Source: Phycisphaerae bacterium
GTDB taxonomy: Bacteria > Planctomycetota > Phycisphaerae > UBA1845 > Fen-1342
Assembly (NCBI GenBank): GCA_963675745.2
Contig: CAXXWX010000019.1
Coordinates: 64,001-128,000 of the forward strand
Length of the DNA: 64,000 nt
Reading direction: 5' to 3'
The translations under genes and the position numbers were made by a program. The notes under the pieces are model-generated. The model was not told where the DNA came from and did not search any database. It saw only the letters and a list, made by a program, of their open reading frames with translations. Below, in pieces: positions 55,184 to 63,951 of the stretch (position 1 is the stretch's first letter; every line of letters begins with the position of its first letter).

Positions 55184-55876
55184 TCATGAACCCTCGTGCC
55201 AAACATGCAGGCCAGCCTTCACGCGTAGTCGAGGCCCCTCTACGAAGTGTGGCGCCGTCTGGTTAGGAGGACCGACCAATAGGCCCCAATGTCCAAACCC
55301 GCCGCCCCACACTATGGCTGTCCAGCCCTCGGGCAATGCACACACTTCGGCAGGAGCCCACTCACGGACAGGACCGGGAAGGCCATTCGGATCGACCACG
55401 ACTGTGGAGTCGCCGATACGATCTCGCCACGCTCGGATGACCTCCGTATCGACATTCCGTGTCGCCCAATCCCTGACTCCACGCAGAAACGGCCTTGATG
55501 AAGGTTCTCGCGACATGTACAGCACGCCGATGGAAACAGCTGCCCCCACCAGCAGAATCGTCACGCATAGACGTCGCCCTCCGGCGTTGCGGCCTTCTCC
55601 ACCACCAATTACGAGCGCAACTGCGAGAGTCAAAGGAAGCAATGGCGAAAGAGCAGCAATGACAAACGGGAAAAGGGCCTTCCACACGGACTTGCTTCCG
55701 AAGGTCAAGTGGGTCAGCCCTTCGCGATATTGAATGTCAATGCTCCAAATGACGCACCCAACCGCAAACGCCACGCTAGCGATCGACGCGACGCCCGCGA
55801 TCGCCAACCTCCTCTTCGTCGGTGCCGAAATCGTACGTTCCGTGTTCGCTGAATCTTTGGGTGTGTCCATCATCAA
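55184..55876 (-). CDS. Membrane protein, candidate immunity protein
   Basis: Three hydrophobic segments, then a soluble domain with WGGGFGHWG; directly downstream of the Rhs toxin tip; lower GC than core genes. Confidence 0.6.
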   Translation of the reverse strand: MMMDTPKDSANTERTISAPTKRRLAIAGVASIASVAFAVGCVIWSIDIQYREGLTHLTFGSKSVWKALFPFVIAALSPLLPLTLAVALVIGGGEGRNAGGRRLCVTILLVGAAVSIGVLYMSREPSSRPFLRGVRDWATRNVDTEVIRAWRDRIGDSTVVVDPNGLPGPVREWAPAEVCALPEGWTAIVWGGGFGHWGLLVGPPNQTAPHFVEGPRLRVKAGLHVWHEGS

Positions 55877-55937
55877 CTCGCTCCTGGCCGAATGGTGTTG
55901 CCAAGTATGTCCACGCGGCCGCGCTGTTTGACGAGTA

Positions 55938-57224
55938 TCAGCGAATCGGATGAGGGCGCGCTGGCGGCGCTGGCGGTGCGGGCGGCGGGAACGTCATGCC
56001 TCCATAATGTCCTCGAAGAGTCTCGCCGGTCTTTTGTGAGCATGGATCGCACTCCAATATCCCGAGCACTCTCGCCGGTACCGGATCTCCAAAGTAGCCT
56101 CGCCCTGTCCACATAAGCGCCCCCGGCCGGTAGGCATTGTATCTCCACCACTTCCAGAGGGTTACCGTGTTAACAGCCATGCTTAGCGAATTACCACATT
56201 GCCTATTAACTAATCCCCACAAGTAGTAGTTGACCTCAGTTGCCTTGAAGCAACGTCCATCCACTGTTACCGTCCCTGCGCAGCTTTCGCTGGGACACTT
56301 CCCCACCGGCTTTATGGTCGGAGCACCCAGATGGGTTATATCCCAACCACCCGCACTATAGACCGCCTCGCAGACGCTCGTTTTTTGTTTCGTCGTCATT
56401 CCATCGAACTGATCCTCAATTGTTGAGCGCATGGTCTTGAGTGCATCAGTAATATCGGGGCCACAATAGTCGCAGCAGCCCATGAGCCCTAGCAGATCCG
56501 ACTCGGACAAAGGCGCGTTGTGGACGAACAAGTATAGATTGCTTGCATCCAGTTCACCAATCGGATCCGTCGTCAGCCAGCGCCCCAACCACGGCAAGTA
56601 GTACCGATAACCGTAGTACACCAGCCCCGTCTCGTCGTCGTGCCACTTTGTGCTGAAGCGGAACGGGTTTGTGTCGGCGTAGGCGCCGTCGCTGTGCAGG
56701 ACCGTGCCGTAGGGCGAGTAGCGGTAGTTGGCGGCGAGCGACCATGTGAACGCCGGCGTGGCGTATTCGACGACCTGGCCGACGTTGCCGAGGGCGTCGT
56801 AACAGTAGAGGTACGTCTTGTCGTCGGCGGTCGTGGCTGTGCCCTGCGTGTCGAGGGTAGCAAGCAAGCCACCGATGCCGCCGAGGCCTGACCGGTTGGA
56901 AACCGGTCCCACAAGACTTGACCGGTTGGAAACCGGTCCCACATGGTAGGAAGATGCCTGGCCTCCGGATTGACCAGCCAGGTCCAGTCCCCAGGTGTAC
57001 TTTCGAATGGCGGGCGGGACGCCTGCCCCACGCTTATTCAGTCCGTCGAGCTCCATGATCGGTCGCCAGCCGTCGTGGATGAGCTTCGTCAACGCCGTCG
57101 GGTTGTTCGGATCCCATGCACCGCCGCCGGCGTTCGGGTCCCACGGCACCGTCGCCGTGGCGTTCCACGCCGACGTGCCGGTGTTCCAATCGTACACGAT
57201 CTTCGCGGTCCGGCGGCGTGCCAT
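55938..57224 (-). CDS. Orphan Rhs core plus Cys-rich C-terminal toxin domain
   Basis: YDALGNV, YSPYG, NPFRFSTKWHDDETGLVYYGYRYY..GRWLTTDP, P-x4-DLLGL, then a tip of about 180 aa; no N-terminal Rhs shell. Confidence 0.85.
   Translation of the reverse strand: MARRRTAKIVYDWNTGTSAWNATATVPWDPNAGGGAWDPNNPTALTKLIHDGWRPIMELDGLNKRGAGVPPAIRKYTWGLDLAGQSGGQASSYHVGPVSNRSSLVGPVSNRSGLGGIGGLLATLDTQGTATTADDKTYLYCYDALGNVGQVVEYATPAFTWSLAANYRYSPYGTVLHSDGAYADTNPFRFSTKWHDDETGLVYYGYRYYLPWLGRWLTTDPIGELDASNLYLFVHNAPLSESDLLGLMGCCDYCGPDITDALKTMRSTIEDQFDGMTTKQKTSVCEAVYSAGGWDITHLGAPTIKPVGKCPSESCAGTVTVDGRCFKATEVNYYLWGLVNRQCGNSLSMAVNTVTLWKWWRYNAYRPGALMWTGRGYFGDPVPARVLGILECDPCSQKTGETLRGHYGGMTFPPPAPPAPPARPHPIR
56889..56943. 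repeat. Two tandem REP-like family A palindromes (30-bp period) in frame inside the Rhs gene
   Basis: tgaccggttggaaaccggtcccaca twice, encoding VGPVSNRS twice. Confidence 0.8.
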
Positions 57225-57351
57225 GGAATTGAACCCCCTTGCGCAGCAGATCGACCGAGCATCCTGGGCGCGAGGCAAGCCAGCAGCCACGCCGGCGAGT
57301 CATGCCCGGTGCGGGCATTCTGCGCTGCGGTCGGCGTATCCCAAAACGTAA

Positions 57352-57438
57352 CGGAGAGGGCGGGATTCGAACCCGCGGATAGGTTGCCCTATCACCGGTT
57401 TTCGAAACCGGCCCCTTCAGCCACTCGGGCACCTCTCC
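57352..57438 (-). tRNA. tRNA-Ser(CGA)
   Basis: GGAGAGG acceptor stem, CCGAGTGGCTGAAGG D arm, CCGGT-TTCGAAA-ACCGG anticodon arm, long variable arm, GGTTCGAATCC T arm, discriminator G; CCA not encoded. Confidence 0.96.
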
Positions 57439-57447
57439 AAGGCAGTT

Positions 57448-57489
57448 TTGACCTAAACCCTTGACCTAAACTCCACCCTCTGCTATGGT
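57448..57489 (+). promoter_or_regulatory. Sigma70-like integrase promoter overlapped by 11-bp direct repeats
   Basis: TTGACC (57461) - 17 bp - TATGGT (57484) with extended TG; TTGACCTAAAC at 57448 and 57461. Confidence 0.65.
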
Positions 57490-57533
57490 GTTTCCCGCAC
57501 TGAGAGCCAGGACAGAAGGACGGAGTATCAGCC

Positions 57534-59015
57534 ATGGCACGTCCTCGCATATGGGTCAACCGGCACGGAAAACCCGTTAAGACGAACACCGGCATATCCT
57601 TCAATAAAGCACGGCGCAGATTCTACATTATCCGATCCGATGGGAAGCGCCAAGAATTCAGAACTTGGGAAGACGCCCGCGCTGGACTCGCCACTGAGAA
57701 GGCCAACTCGATTCCAACCGAGGAACTCGCTCGCATAGCGGCTGTCGCCCGGTACCGAAGTGACCTCGCCCATGAAGCGTTGTACGGCGACGCGCGATTC
57801 CATGAGATTCTCGACGAAATGACGATCGGAGGGCCGCAAATCGTCCAGTCAGTTTCCCACGCTGAAGCTGTCGTGGGCTTCGCGGAAGCCGCGAACACCT
57901 TGGCCGATCAAGTCGATGTGCCGCGAATGAAGATCGGCGTTGACCCCGTCACACCGATTGGCGGCCCGCGCCTCCGTGATGTCATCCAGAAATGGAAGCA
58001 ACACAAGGTCGAGGAGGCCGGGGGGCGCACGACCCGGCATCACGGGGATGGTGAGCGATTGTGGGGCGAGTTCGTCAAGCAGGTCGGGAATCTGTTCATC
58101 GCCCAACTAAGCCCAGCCCACTTTCGCACGTTCCACTCGTGGGTCGCTCGTGAGGGCGCAAAGCACAGCCCCAAGTGGCAGGGCAGCCGCGTCGCTATTG
58201 TAAAGGGGGTTCTACGGTTCGTTCGCAAGCGGTATCCTGAATGGCCGTGGCCCGTGGGGATCTTGGAGTGGGCCGACAGCTACATGGTCAGGCCTTACCG
58301 GTCGCCTGCGGTGAACCGTGAGCCCATGCCAGCCAAGACGTTCGCCGCTCTTGTCGAACAGTGCCGCACGTGGACGCACATCAGCACTACAGCACACGAC
58401 GCCACGACACAGAGCGGAAGGGCAAAGCGACTACAGGCCATCAGAACACGCCGAGACGGGTGCCAATTCGAGGCGATTTTGCGCTTGGGGCTAAATTGCG
58501 GCCTCGATCCGGTCGACATCGAACGGCTCACGTGGAACGACCTCCGGCTCACCGCCGCCACTCCTCACATGCGGTTCGCCCGCCGCAAGATCGAGCGCGC
58601 GGTCGGCATGGCTGTCGAGCGGATTACACCGCTACTACCAAGTACGGTTGAAGCCGTGGAGCGGTGGCGGTCTGGTGGTGAGCCACATGGTGAATGGGTC
58701 TTCCGGACGGCCCGTGCTGGACGGTACTCGCGAAATCGTGTGGCCCAAACGATGAAGCGGCTACGCGAAGAATCAGGCGTCGACGGAAGTTGGTCGTTCA
58801 AGCATCTGAGAAACGTCGGCCCGACCCTGGCTCGGCGGGCGCGGCTATCGAACGACGAGCGCGAGGCATTCCTCGGGCACGTTGTCGGCGGGACATCCAG
58901 ATTCTACGAGGGGGATGTCGACGAAACGTACCTGATTCCGCTCGTCGATCTGATCGGCGAGCAGTACTTCGACGGCGAGAAGGTGGAAGCTGGCCCAGGT
59001 GGCACAATCCAGTAG
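57534..59015 (+). CDS. Tyrosine recombinase / integrase, atypical box I
   Basis: LGLNCGLDPVDIERLTWNDL (box I), SFKHLRN, FLGH...RFY (box II); adjacent to a tRNA. Confidence 0.8.
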   Translation: MARPRIWVNRHGKPVKTNTGISFNKARRRFYIIRSDGKRQEFRTWEDARAGLATEKANSIPTEELARIAAVARYRSDLAHEALYGDARFHEILDEMTIGGPQIVQSVSHAEAVVGFAEAANTLADQVDVPRMKIGVDPVTPIGGPRLRDVIQKWKQHKVEEAGGRTTRHHGDGERLWGEFVKQVGNLFIAQLSPAHFRTFHSWVAREGAKHSPKWQGSRVAIVKGVLRFVRKRYPEWPWPVGILEWADSYMVRPYRSPAVNREPMPAKTFAALVEQCRTWTHISTTAHDATTQSGRAKRLQAIRTRRDGCQFEAILRLGLNCGLDPVDIERLTWNDLRLTAATPHMRFARRKIERAVGMAVERITPLLPSTVEAVERWRSGGEPHGEWVFRTARAGRYSRNRVAQTMKRLREESGVDGSWSFKHLRNVGPTLARRARLSNDEREAFLGHVVGGTSRFYEGDVDETYLIPLVDLIGEQYFDGEKVEAGPGGTIQ

Positions 59016-59683
59016 GCGAAAACGACATGGATGCTCGCCGACCACAGTATTGGCATCTTCCGACTGGCACGTGAAACGCAACGCACACGTGGTGGCCGAT
59101 GCGTGCTCGGCGATCGAGCAAGCGTACTTCGGCGTAGCCGAAGCGGGGGAAGAAGGGCAGCGATAAGGCGGGGGAGCCACGTTTCGATCTGGGCGCAGGC
59201 GTCCGCGGTTCGGTGGTAGACGGCCGCACGAGGTCATCAGTTTCGTGCATCCAGATCTGCAACGCTTCGATCAGGCCCCGGGCTCGGCGACGAATTTTCG
59301 CCCCGGCGATCCTAGTCGCTGATACCCGCTTGCCCGCGAGAATCCGGCTACTACAAATGCGACGACGATAGCCAGAAAAAGAGCAGCAAGCCCAAGAAGC
59401 CCGACACACGGAACACGGCAAAGACGTGTTACTTCTGCCGCATCTGCCTCCGGCACCGGGATAGTGGGTCGGGAGCCGGGCAGAGTAGCACGGGCGCGCG
59501 GGCAAGACCACAGCTCTCCAGGCCCAGGCAGATATGGGCCGAGTTGGACTCCTGAGGTCTCCCTCATGCACGCGGTCGCGCAGCGTAACGGGTTGCGCCA
59601 TGTCCAGCAGGCTTGCGGGTCACGTCAGCAGAGCCCTACACTCGCGGGGGCTGCCCGGCGTCACGACCAGGGCCGATCACTGT

Positions 59684-59699
59684 GCGTAACGCGTTACGC
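59684..59699. repeat. Perfect 16-bp palindrome GCGTAACGCGTTACGC
   Basis: Seen directly; recurs at 63935..63950 (15/16) and in degenerate form at 59583. Confidence 0.75.
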
Positions 59700-61382
59700 T
59701 ATCCGCCCATACCACGGCCACAGATAGTCATACTCCGGTTTCGCCCTAAGCTCCGCCCGGAATACGCTCAGCATGTCGGACAGCTTCTGCAGCAGCAGAA
59801 GGTTGCCTGACTCTGTCCTCAGCTGCTGCACCGGGTGCCGGGTTACATATTGCTGCTCAAGAGCCGGTTCGTAGTTGTGAAGCACCATGATGTTTCGCGA
59901 CCACGCCGGACGGAACGCCACCGCCAGCTGCGGCCTGAAAGGGATGCCCAGTTCGACGTGCCGCCAGCGGCACTCGCGGGGGAGCTTCCGCGGGACCACG
60001 CTGGAATACTTGTGCCAGAGCGCACGACACGCCCCGCTCGTGCGCCCTGGGTTGTCCTCGTCACCGAGGATCATGTCGTCGAGGGGATTCTCCTCCAGCC
60101 AGGCCTGATCGGGAAAGCCGCCGTCCAGTTCGACGTCGTAGTCGCGGCAGGCGAAGAACGAAACGGGGAGGGACAGCTCCTCCGCAACGTCCCGCGGATG
60201 CAGAAATTGGACGCCCTCGCCCCACTCACGCTCGACGCCCACGTCGTTCCTGAACCACTTAATCATCGGCGGCGTGAAGTCCAGGTGCTTGAGAATCTGC
60301 TTTGACACGTAGTCGTTGAAATACACCTGCTTCTTCACGCCGAACCTCGCGTGCTCTCCCGCGGTCGCGGCCGATGCACAACTGAGAGGGTACTTAATCG
60401 GCGGCGGAAACTCCGAGGGGCGGGCTTTGATGAACGCGCGCCAAGCTCCGAGCGGCTGCACTCGCTTGCGACGCAGCTGCAGCACGGGCTCGAACACCTC
60501 AGGCGGCAGGTCTACAAGGAACTGCGCGCGGTAAGGGAACGCCTTCGCCAGCATCCCAAGGAGTGTGCGGGGGCCAAACTGCGGCACGTTGTGCCATCGC
60601 TTTTGCACCCCAGCCGTCCATTTGATTCGCCAGCCGCGATCGAAGCGCGGCTGGGGTTGGTCAAGATGTACGGCGTCGTCGGTCATACCGAGCACGGCAA
60701 CACGGATGACGTACTCGACGTCACCGCTGGTCTGTTGGCGGGGAAATACGTCCACGAACGCGACGCCGTCTCGAATACCGCCCGCCCGTTGGGCTTTTTG
60801 CACGCAGCGATCACCATCAAGCAGCTGGGCGACCCGCCGCTCCAGGATCCCGGCGTCGGCGTGGCCCTTTGGCAATGGCACGGTGATCTCCACCTCGCCG
60901 AGCGCGAGCCTCGCCTTTGGCTTTTTCCGCTTCGGTGCTTCGCGGCGGGCGTGCAGGGCAGGTTGCACCGCGTGGTGCCAGATAATTCTCGCAAGGTACA
61001 GATGTCGGCGGAACCAGCACCACGGGCAGCCGACGTAGCGGCAGTGCCGGTTGTGGTTCTCGCCGGGCGTGTTACACGTCAGCAACTGCTCGGCGCGCGA
61101 CGGCGTCAGCAAGCCATGCTCTTCCCACCGTCGAACCTGTCGCCGCCAGAGAGAGCGGACGCCGCTCACCAGTACCATCCACTTCTTGGGGTTGTCCCGC
61201 TGCACGTATGGTAACACCCGTTTGAGGTACTCGACGAGCAGCAGGCAGCGGAACAGCGTGAACCGGACGCCTTGCTGGTCGAGGTGCGTGGGCTTGCGCG
61301 GCGACTGTATTGAAAGCCGCCGAAATGGCCGCGCGTCGGGCTTGCGCGCTTGCACCTGTGTCTGGTATGCTGGGAACGGCAT
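59694..61382 (-). CDS. Hypothetical 562-aa protein with Zn-finger-like motif, possibly Rep-derived
   Basis: Long ORF; LLTC...HCRYVGCPWCWFRR motif. Confidence 0.6.
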   Translation of the reverse strand: MPFPAYQTQVQARKPDARPFRRLSIQSPRKPTHLDQQGVRFTLFRCLLLVEYLKRVLPYVQRDNPKKWMVLVSGVRSLWRRQVRRWEEHGLLTPSRAEQLLTCNTPGENHNRHCRYVGCPWCWFRRHLYLARIIWHHAVQPALHARREAPKRKKPKARLALGEVEITVPLPKGHADAGILERRVAQLLDGDRCVQKAQRAGGIRDGVAFVDVFPRQQTSGDVEYVIRVAVLGMTDDAVHLDQPQPRFDRGWRIKWTAGVQKRWHNVPQFGPRTLLGMLAKAFPYRAQFLVDLPPEVFEPVLQLRRKRVQPLGAWRAFIKARPSEFPPPIKYPLSCASAATAGEHARFGVKKQVYFNDYVSKQILKHLDFTPPMIKWFRNDVGVEREWGEGVQFLHPRDVAEELSLPVSFFACRDYDVELDGGFPDQAWLEENPLDDMILGDEDNPGRTSGACRALWHKYSSVVPRKLPRECRWRHVELGIPFRPQLAVAFRPAWSRNIMVLHNYEPALEQQYVTRHPVQQLRTESGNLLLLQKLSDMLSVFRAELRAKPEYDYLWPWYGRIA

Positions 61383-61815
61383 TATTCTTGTCCTTCGGCG
61401 TCGCGGCTCTCACGGAAATGTGGTCGCGACGCCGTTTTTCAAACTTGCCTGCCCGCATCGACGCGAGGCAGGTATGCACTCATAACCGTACACAGTCGCG
61501 GGGCCGTGTGTCAAAAATGGGGGCTACAGTATCTCAGTTCTGTGGACGTGCTGGCGTCCTCGACGGTCGGGCGATCCGTGCTCTTTAATGCAGCGGGGTT
61601 ATCAGTGTCCTCGCCGCAGCGGGATCTCAGTGCTCTTCAATGTCGCGGCGGCATTGGGGGCCTCGGCGGCGTAGCTGAGCATCTGAATGATGGACGATCA
61701 CCATATACTCGCCTGGCGAGGACCATATAGACTCACCAGGCGACCGCAGGTCACCTGGGGGATGTCTTCAGAGCAAGCTCTCCGAACGATAGTGAGGAGA
61801 GCGAAGATGTACAAA

Positions 61816-61838
61816 GTACATACTCGAAGAGTATGTAC
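61816..61838. other. Perfect 10-bp-stem hairpin in an AT-rich intergenic patch
   Basis: GTACATACTC-GAA-GAGTATGTAC between divergent genes. Confidence 0.65.
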
Positions 61839-62090
61839 GTAAGTACTTCTAGTCATTTCCGGCGATTCGGCATGGCCATCTGCATGGGGGCCATCCAAGC
61901 GGCGGCATCCGCACGCTGGGAGGTTTTTCCAGACTTTTTTGAGTGCGCGGACACCTCCGGTTTCACCAGTACAAACGCCGTTTCTGGCTCGCCGACGGGG
62001 GTTACCAGTTGTTGCCGCAAGTATTGCGAGCAAATGTGGATTTGCGCATTCCTCAAAGCTGACGTAGGCTTTCTGAAGGGGGATGTGAGG

Positions 62091-62447
62091 ATGCGCATGA
62101 CTGCCAGTGGCGAACTCATAGACTGGCTCAATCGACGGATCGTACGGCGGCTGGCGACGGAGGCCATGGCAGCGGCGACCGGTGATCGGCCACTGTGGAC
62201 GCGTAAATGTCGGCTGCTGCTCACCGGGCGCACCATCGTGGAGGTTGAGCGGGCCGCCGGGTGGCCGGCGGGGCGACTGAGCTGGAGCCTCAGCACCGGT
62301 TCCCGGCCGAGGATCGAACGCGGCTTGGCGCTGGCGGCGGCGCTCGGCGTTGCTCCCGAATACCTGTTCGATGATGCAGTCTTACTTGAGAATGTGGCCG
62401 GATATGCCACCACGGCCAGGCAGCGTAACGCGGCGCACGAGGACTAG
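62091..62447 (+). CDS. Cro/C1-type HTH protein
   Basis: TIVEVERAAGWPAGRLS...GSRPRIERGLALAAALGVAPEYLF; ends 3 bp before the helicase start. Confidence 0.65.
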   Translation: MRMTASGELIDWLNRRIVRRLATEAMAAATGDRPLWTRKCRLLLTGRTIVEVERAAGWPAGRLSWSLSTGSRPRIERGLALAAALGVAPEYLFDDAVLLENVAGYATTARQRNAAHED

Positions 62448-62450
62448 ACG

Positions 62451-63932
62451 ATGGCGGTGTCTCCGGAACAACTTCAGCTGCTCATAATTCACTTGGTGCG
62501 CGACATTGACACAGTCCAAGCGGCCGAGCCCCGCCTTGACGAGACGCTGTTCGACCGGCAATCCGAGATCGTGGAGTCGGCGTGCTGGCGCGCGTCGCGA
62601 TCTTTCTACCGTCGCACGGGGGAGCTCATACCCCAGGAGCGCTTTGGTCCGGCCCTCCGGAGCGTTCTGAAGGAGCGGTTCCCAGACCACGACATGCCCG
62701 ACGGCGTGGTCGCCGACACGATGCGGGAGATCTTCACCGTCGATCCGGCGGCGCTGGAGCATCGGCTGATCCGCCCGGTGCTGGAGGAGTTCATTCTCAC
62801 GAGGTCCGTTGAGCCGCACGTTAATAAGCTGGTCCACGGGCGCGCGGATTACGCCGACGTCATCACCGACATGAGTAAGGCTGCGGAGGCGGCGCGGATC
62901 TCGGCCGCCAAGCCTGAGAATCTCCGCGCGCTGGGGCTAGACGTCTTTGCGGACGCGGGGCGCATCCCCACCGGTTGCCGCCCGATCGATGAGGTCTTCG
63001 GGGGCGGCATTTGCGTGGGGGAGACGGTTGGCCTGCTGGGGCCGATGAAAGGCGGCAAGACTTCGTTGTGCCAGTCACTGGCCTGCGAGTTTGTAAAGAA
63101 AGATGCCAAGCATCGGGTGACCTACGTGACCTACGAGGAGTCAGGCCGCCAGCAGTGGCGCAAGCTGCTGATCAGCTACATGGATAAGCATCACCGCAGG
63201 GAGGTCGAGGGTAAGCGGCCGCACGAGATTGCCGACGATATCAAGGTTGACCTGCGCGCCGCGCACGAGCGATTAGCTGCCCAGCTCAATTTGATCGACA
63301 TGTCCGGGGCGATGGATGGCCAGGGCTATGGCGGCCCGCCCGAGCTGGCGACTTGCCTGGAAGGACTGTATCGAGATGGGAGGCTGGGACAGTTAGTGAT
63401 CATCGACCACGTTCTGCCGCTGGTACGCCAGTACATGGCTATGCAGGGCCTGGATCAATCGAAGCAGATGCGTCACAAGATTCAAGAAGTGGCCATCATG
63501 GCCAAGGGGCTGGCCCCGCGCCTGAAAGTGTGCATGGTGCTGGCCCATCAAACGGACGCCAAAGGCAATAGACGGGGCATCCACAAGCCCACGCACACAA
63601 ACTCGGCCGAGAACAAGCTCTTCGCCGAGTACCTGCACGACTGTCTGTGCCTGGGAGCCAAGCAGAGCGACGACGAGCCGATCGCCTGGTTGAACCTGTC
63701 GGCCAGCCGTAACCGGGAGACTAGGGCTGTCCTGGTTCGCATCGCGGGCGAGCGCTGTCGCGTCGAGCTTGTGCAGGACTACGTAGCGGATGAGGGAACC
63801 GGCCAGTTTATCCATGCCGAAGATTTGATGCACGGGCACGTTGCCCCCGAGGAGGTAACCGGGCGCATGCCCAGGCGTGACGGTCCGCCCTGGCTCAACG
63901 AACCCGGTTATCCGCGCATTGCCGGCGACTAG
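62451..63932 (+). CDS. DnaB-like (SF4/RecA fold) helicase
   Basis: IPTG...IDEVFGGG, GPMKGGKT Walker A, VTYEE, IIDH, LAHQ, ASRN. Confidence 0.8.
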   Translation: MAVSPEQLQLLIIHLVRDIDTVQAAEPRLDETLFDRQSEIVESACWRASRSFYRRTGELIPQERFGPALRSVLKERFPDHDMPDGVVADTMREIFTVDPAALEHRLIRPVLEEFILTRSVEPHVNKLVHGRADYADVITDMSKAAEAARISAAKPENLRALGLDVFADAGRIPTGCRPIDEVFGGGICVGETVGLLGPMKGGKTSLCQSLACEFVKKDAKHRVTYVTYEESGRQQWRKLLISYMDKHHRREVEGKRPHEIADDIKVDLRAAHERLAAQLNLIDMSGAMDGQGYGGPPELATCLEGLYRDGRLGQLVIIDHVLPLVRQYMAMQGLDQSKQMRHKIQEVAIMAKGLAPRLKVCMVLAHQTDAKGNRRGIHKPTHTNSAENKLFAEYLHDCLCLGAKQSDDEPIAWLNLSASRNRETRAVLVRIAGERCRVELVQDYVADEGTGQFIHAEDLMHGHVAPEEVTGRMPRRDGPPWLNEPGYPRIAGD

Positions 63933-63951
63933 AGGCGTAACGCGTTACGTT

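Noticed and set aside
57213..57293. tRNA-like element after each att (GGTTCAATTCC / GGTTCAAATCC plus GGCGTG...CACGCC stem; also near 53208..53288)
   Set aside because: The T stem pairs poorly, there is no credible D or anticodon arm, and the motif can be read as a decayed Rhs YDxMGRR coding sequence. A tRNAscan-SE or Infernal run would settle it.
59016..59680. Small ORFs downstream of the integrase, including a TM-like stretch in 59271..59567
   Set aside because: Several overlapping frames, none with a clear start or motif; no gene call can be supported.
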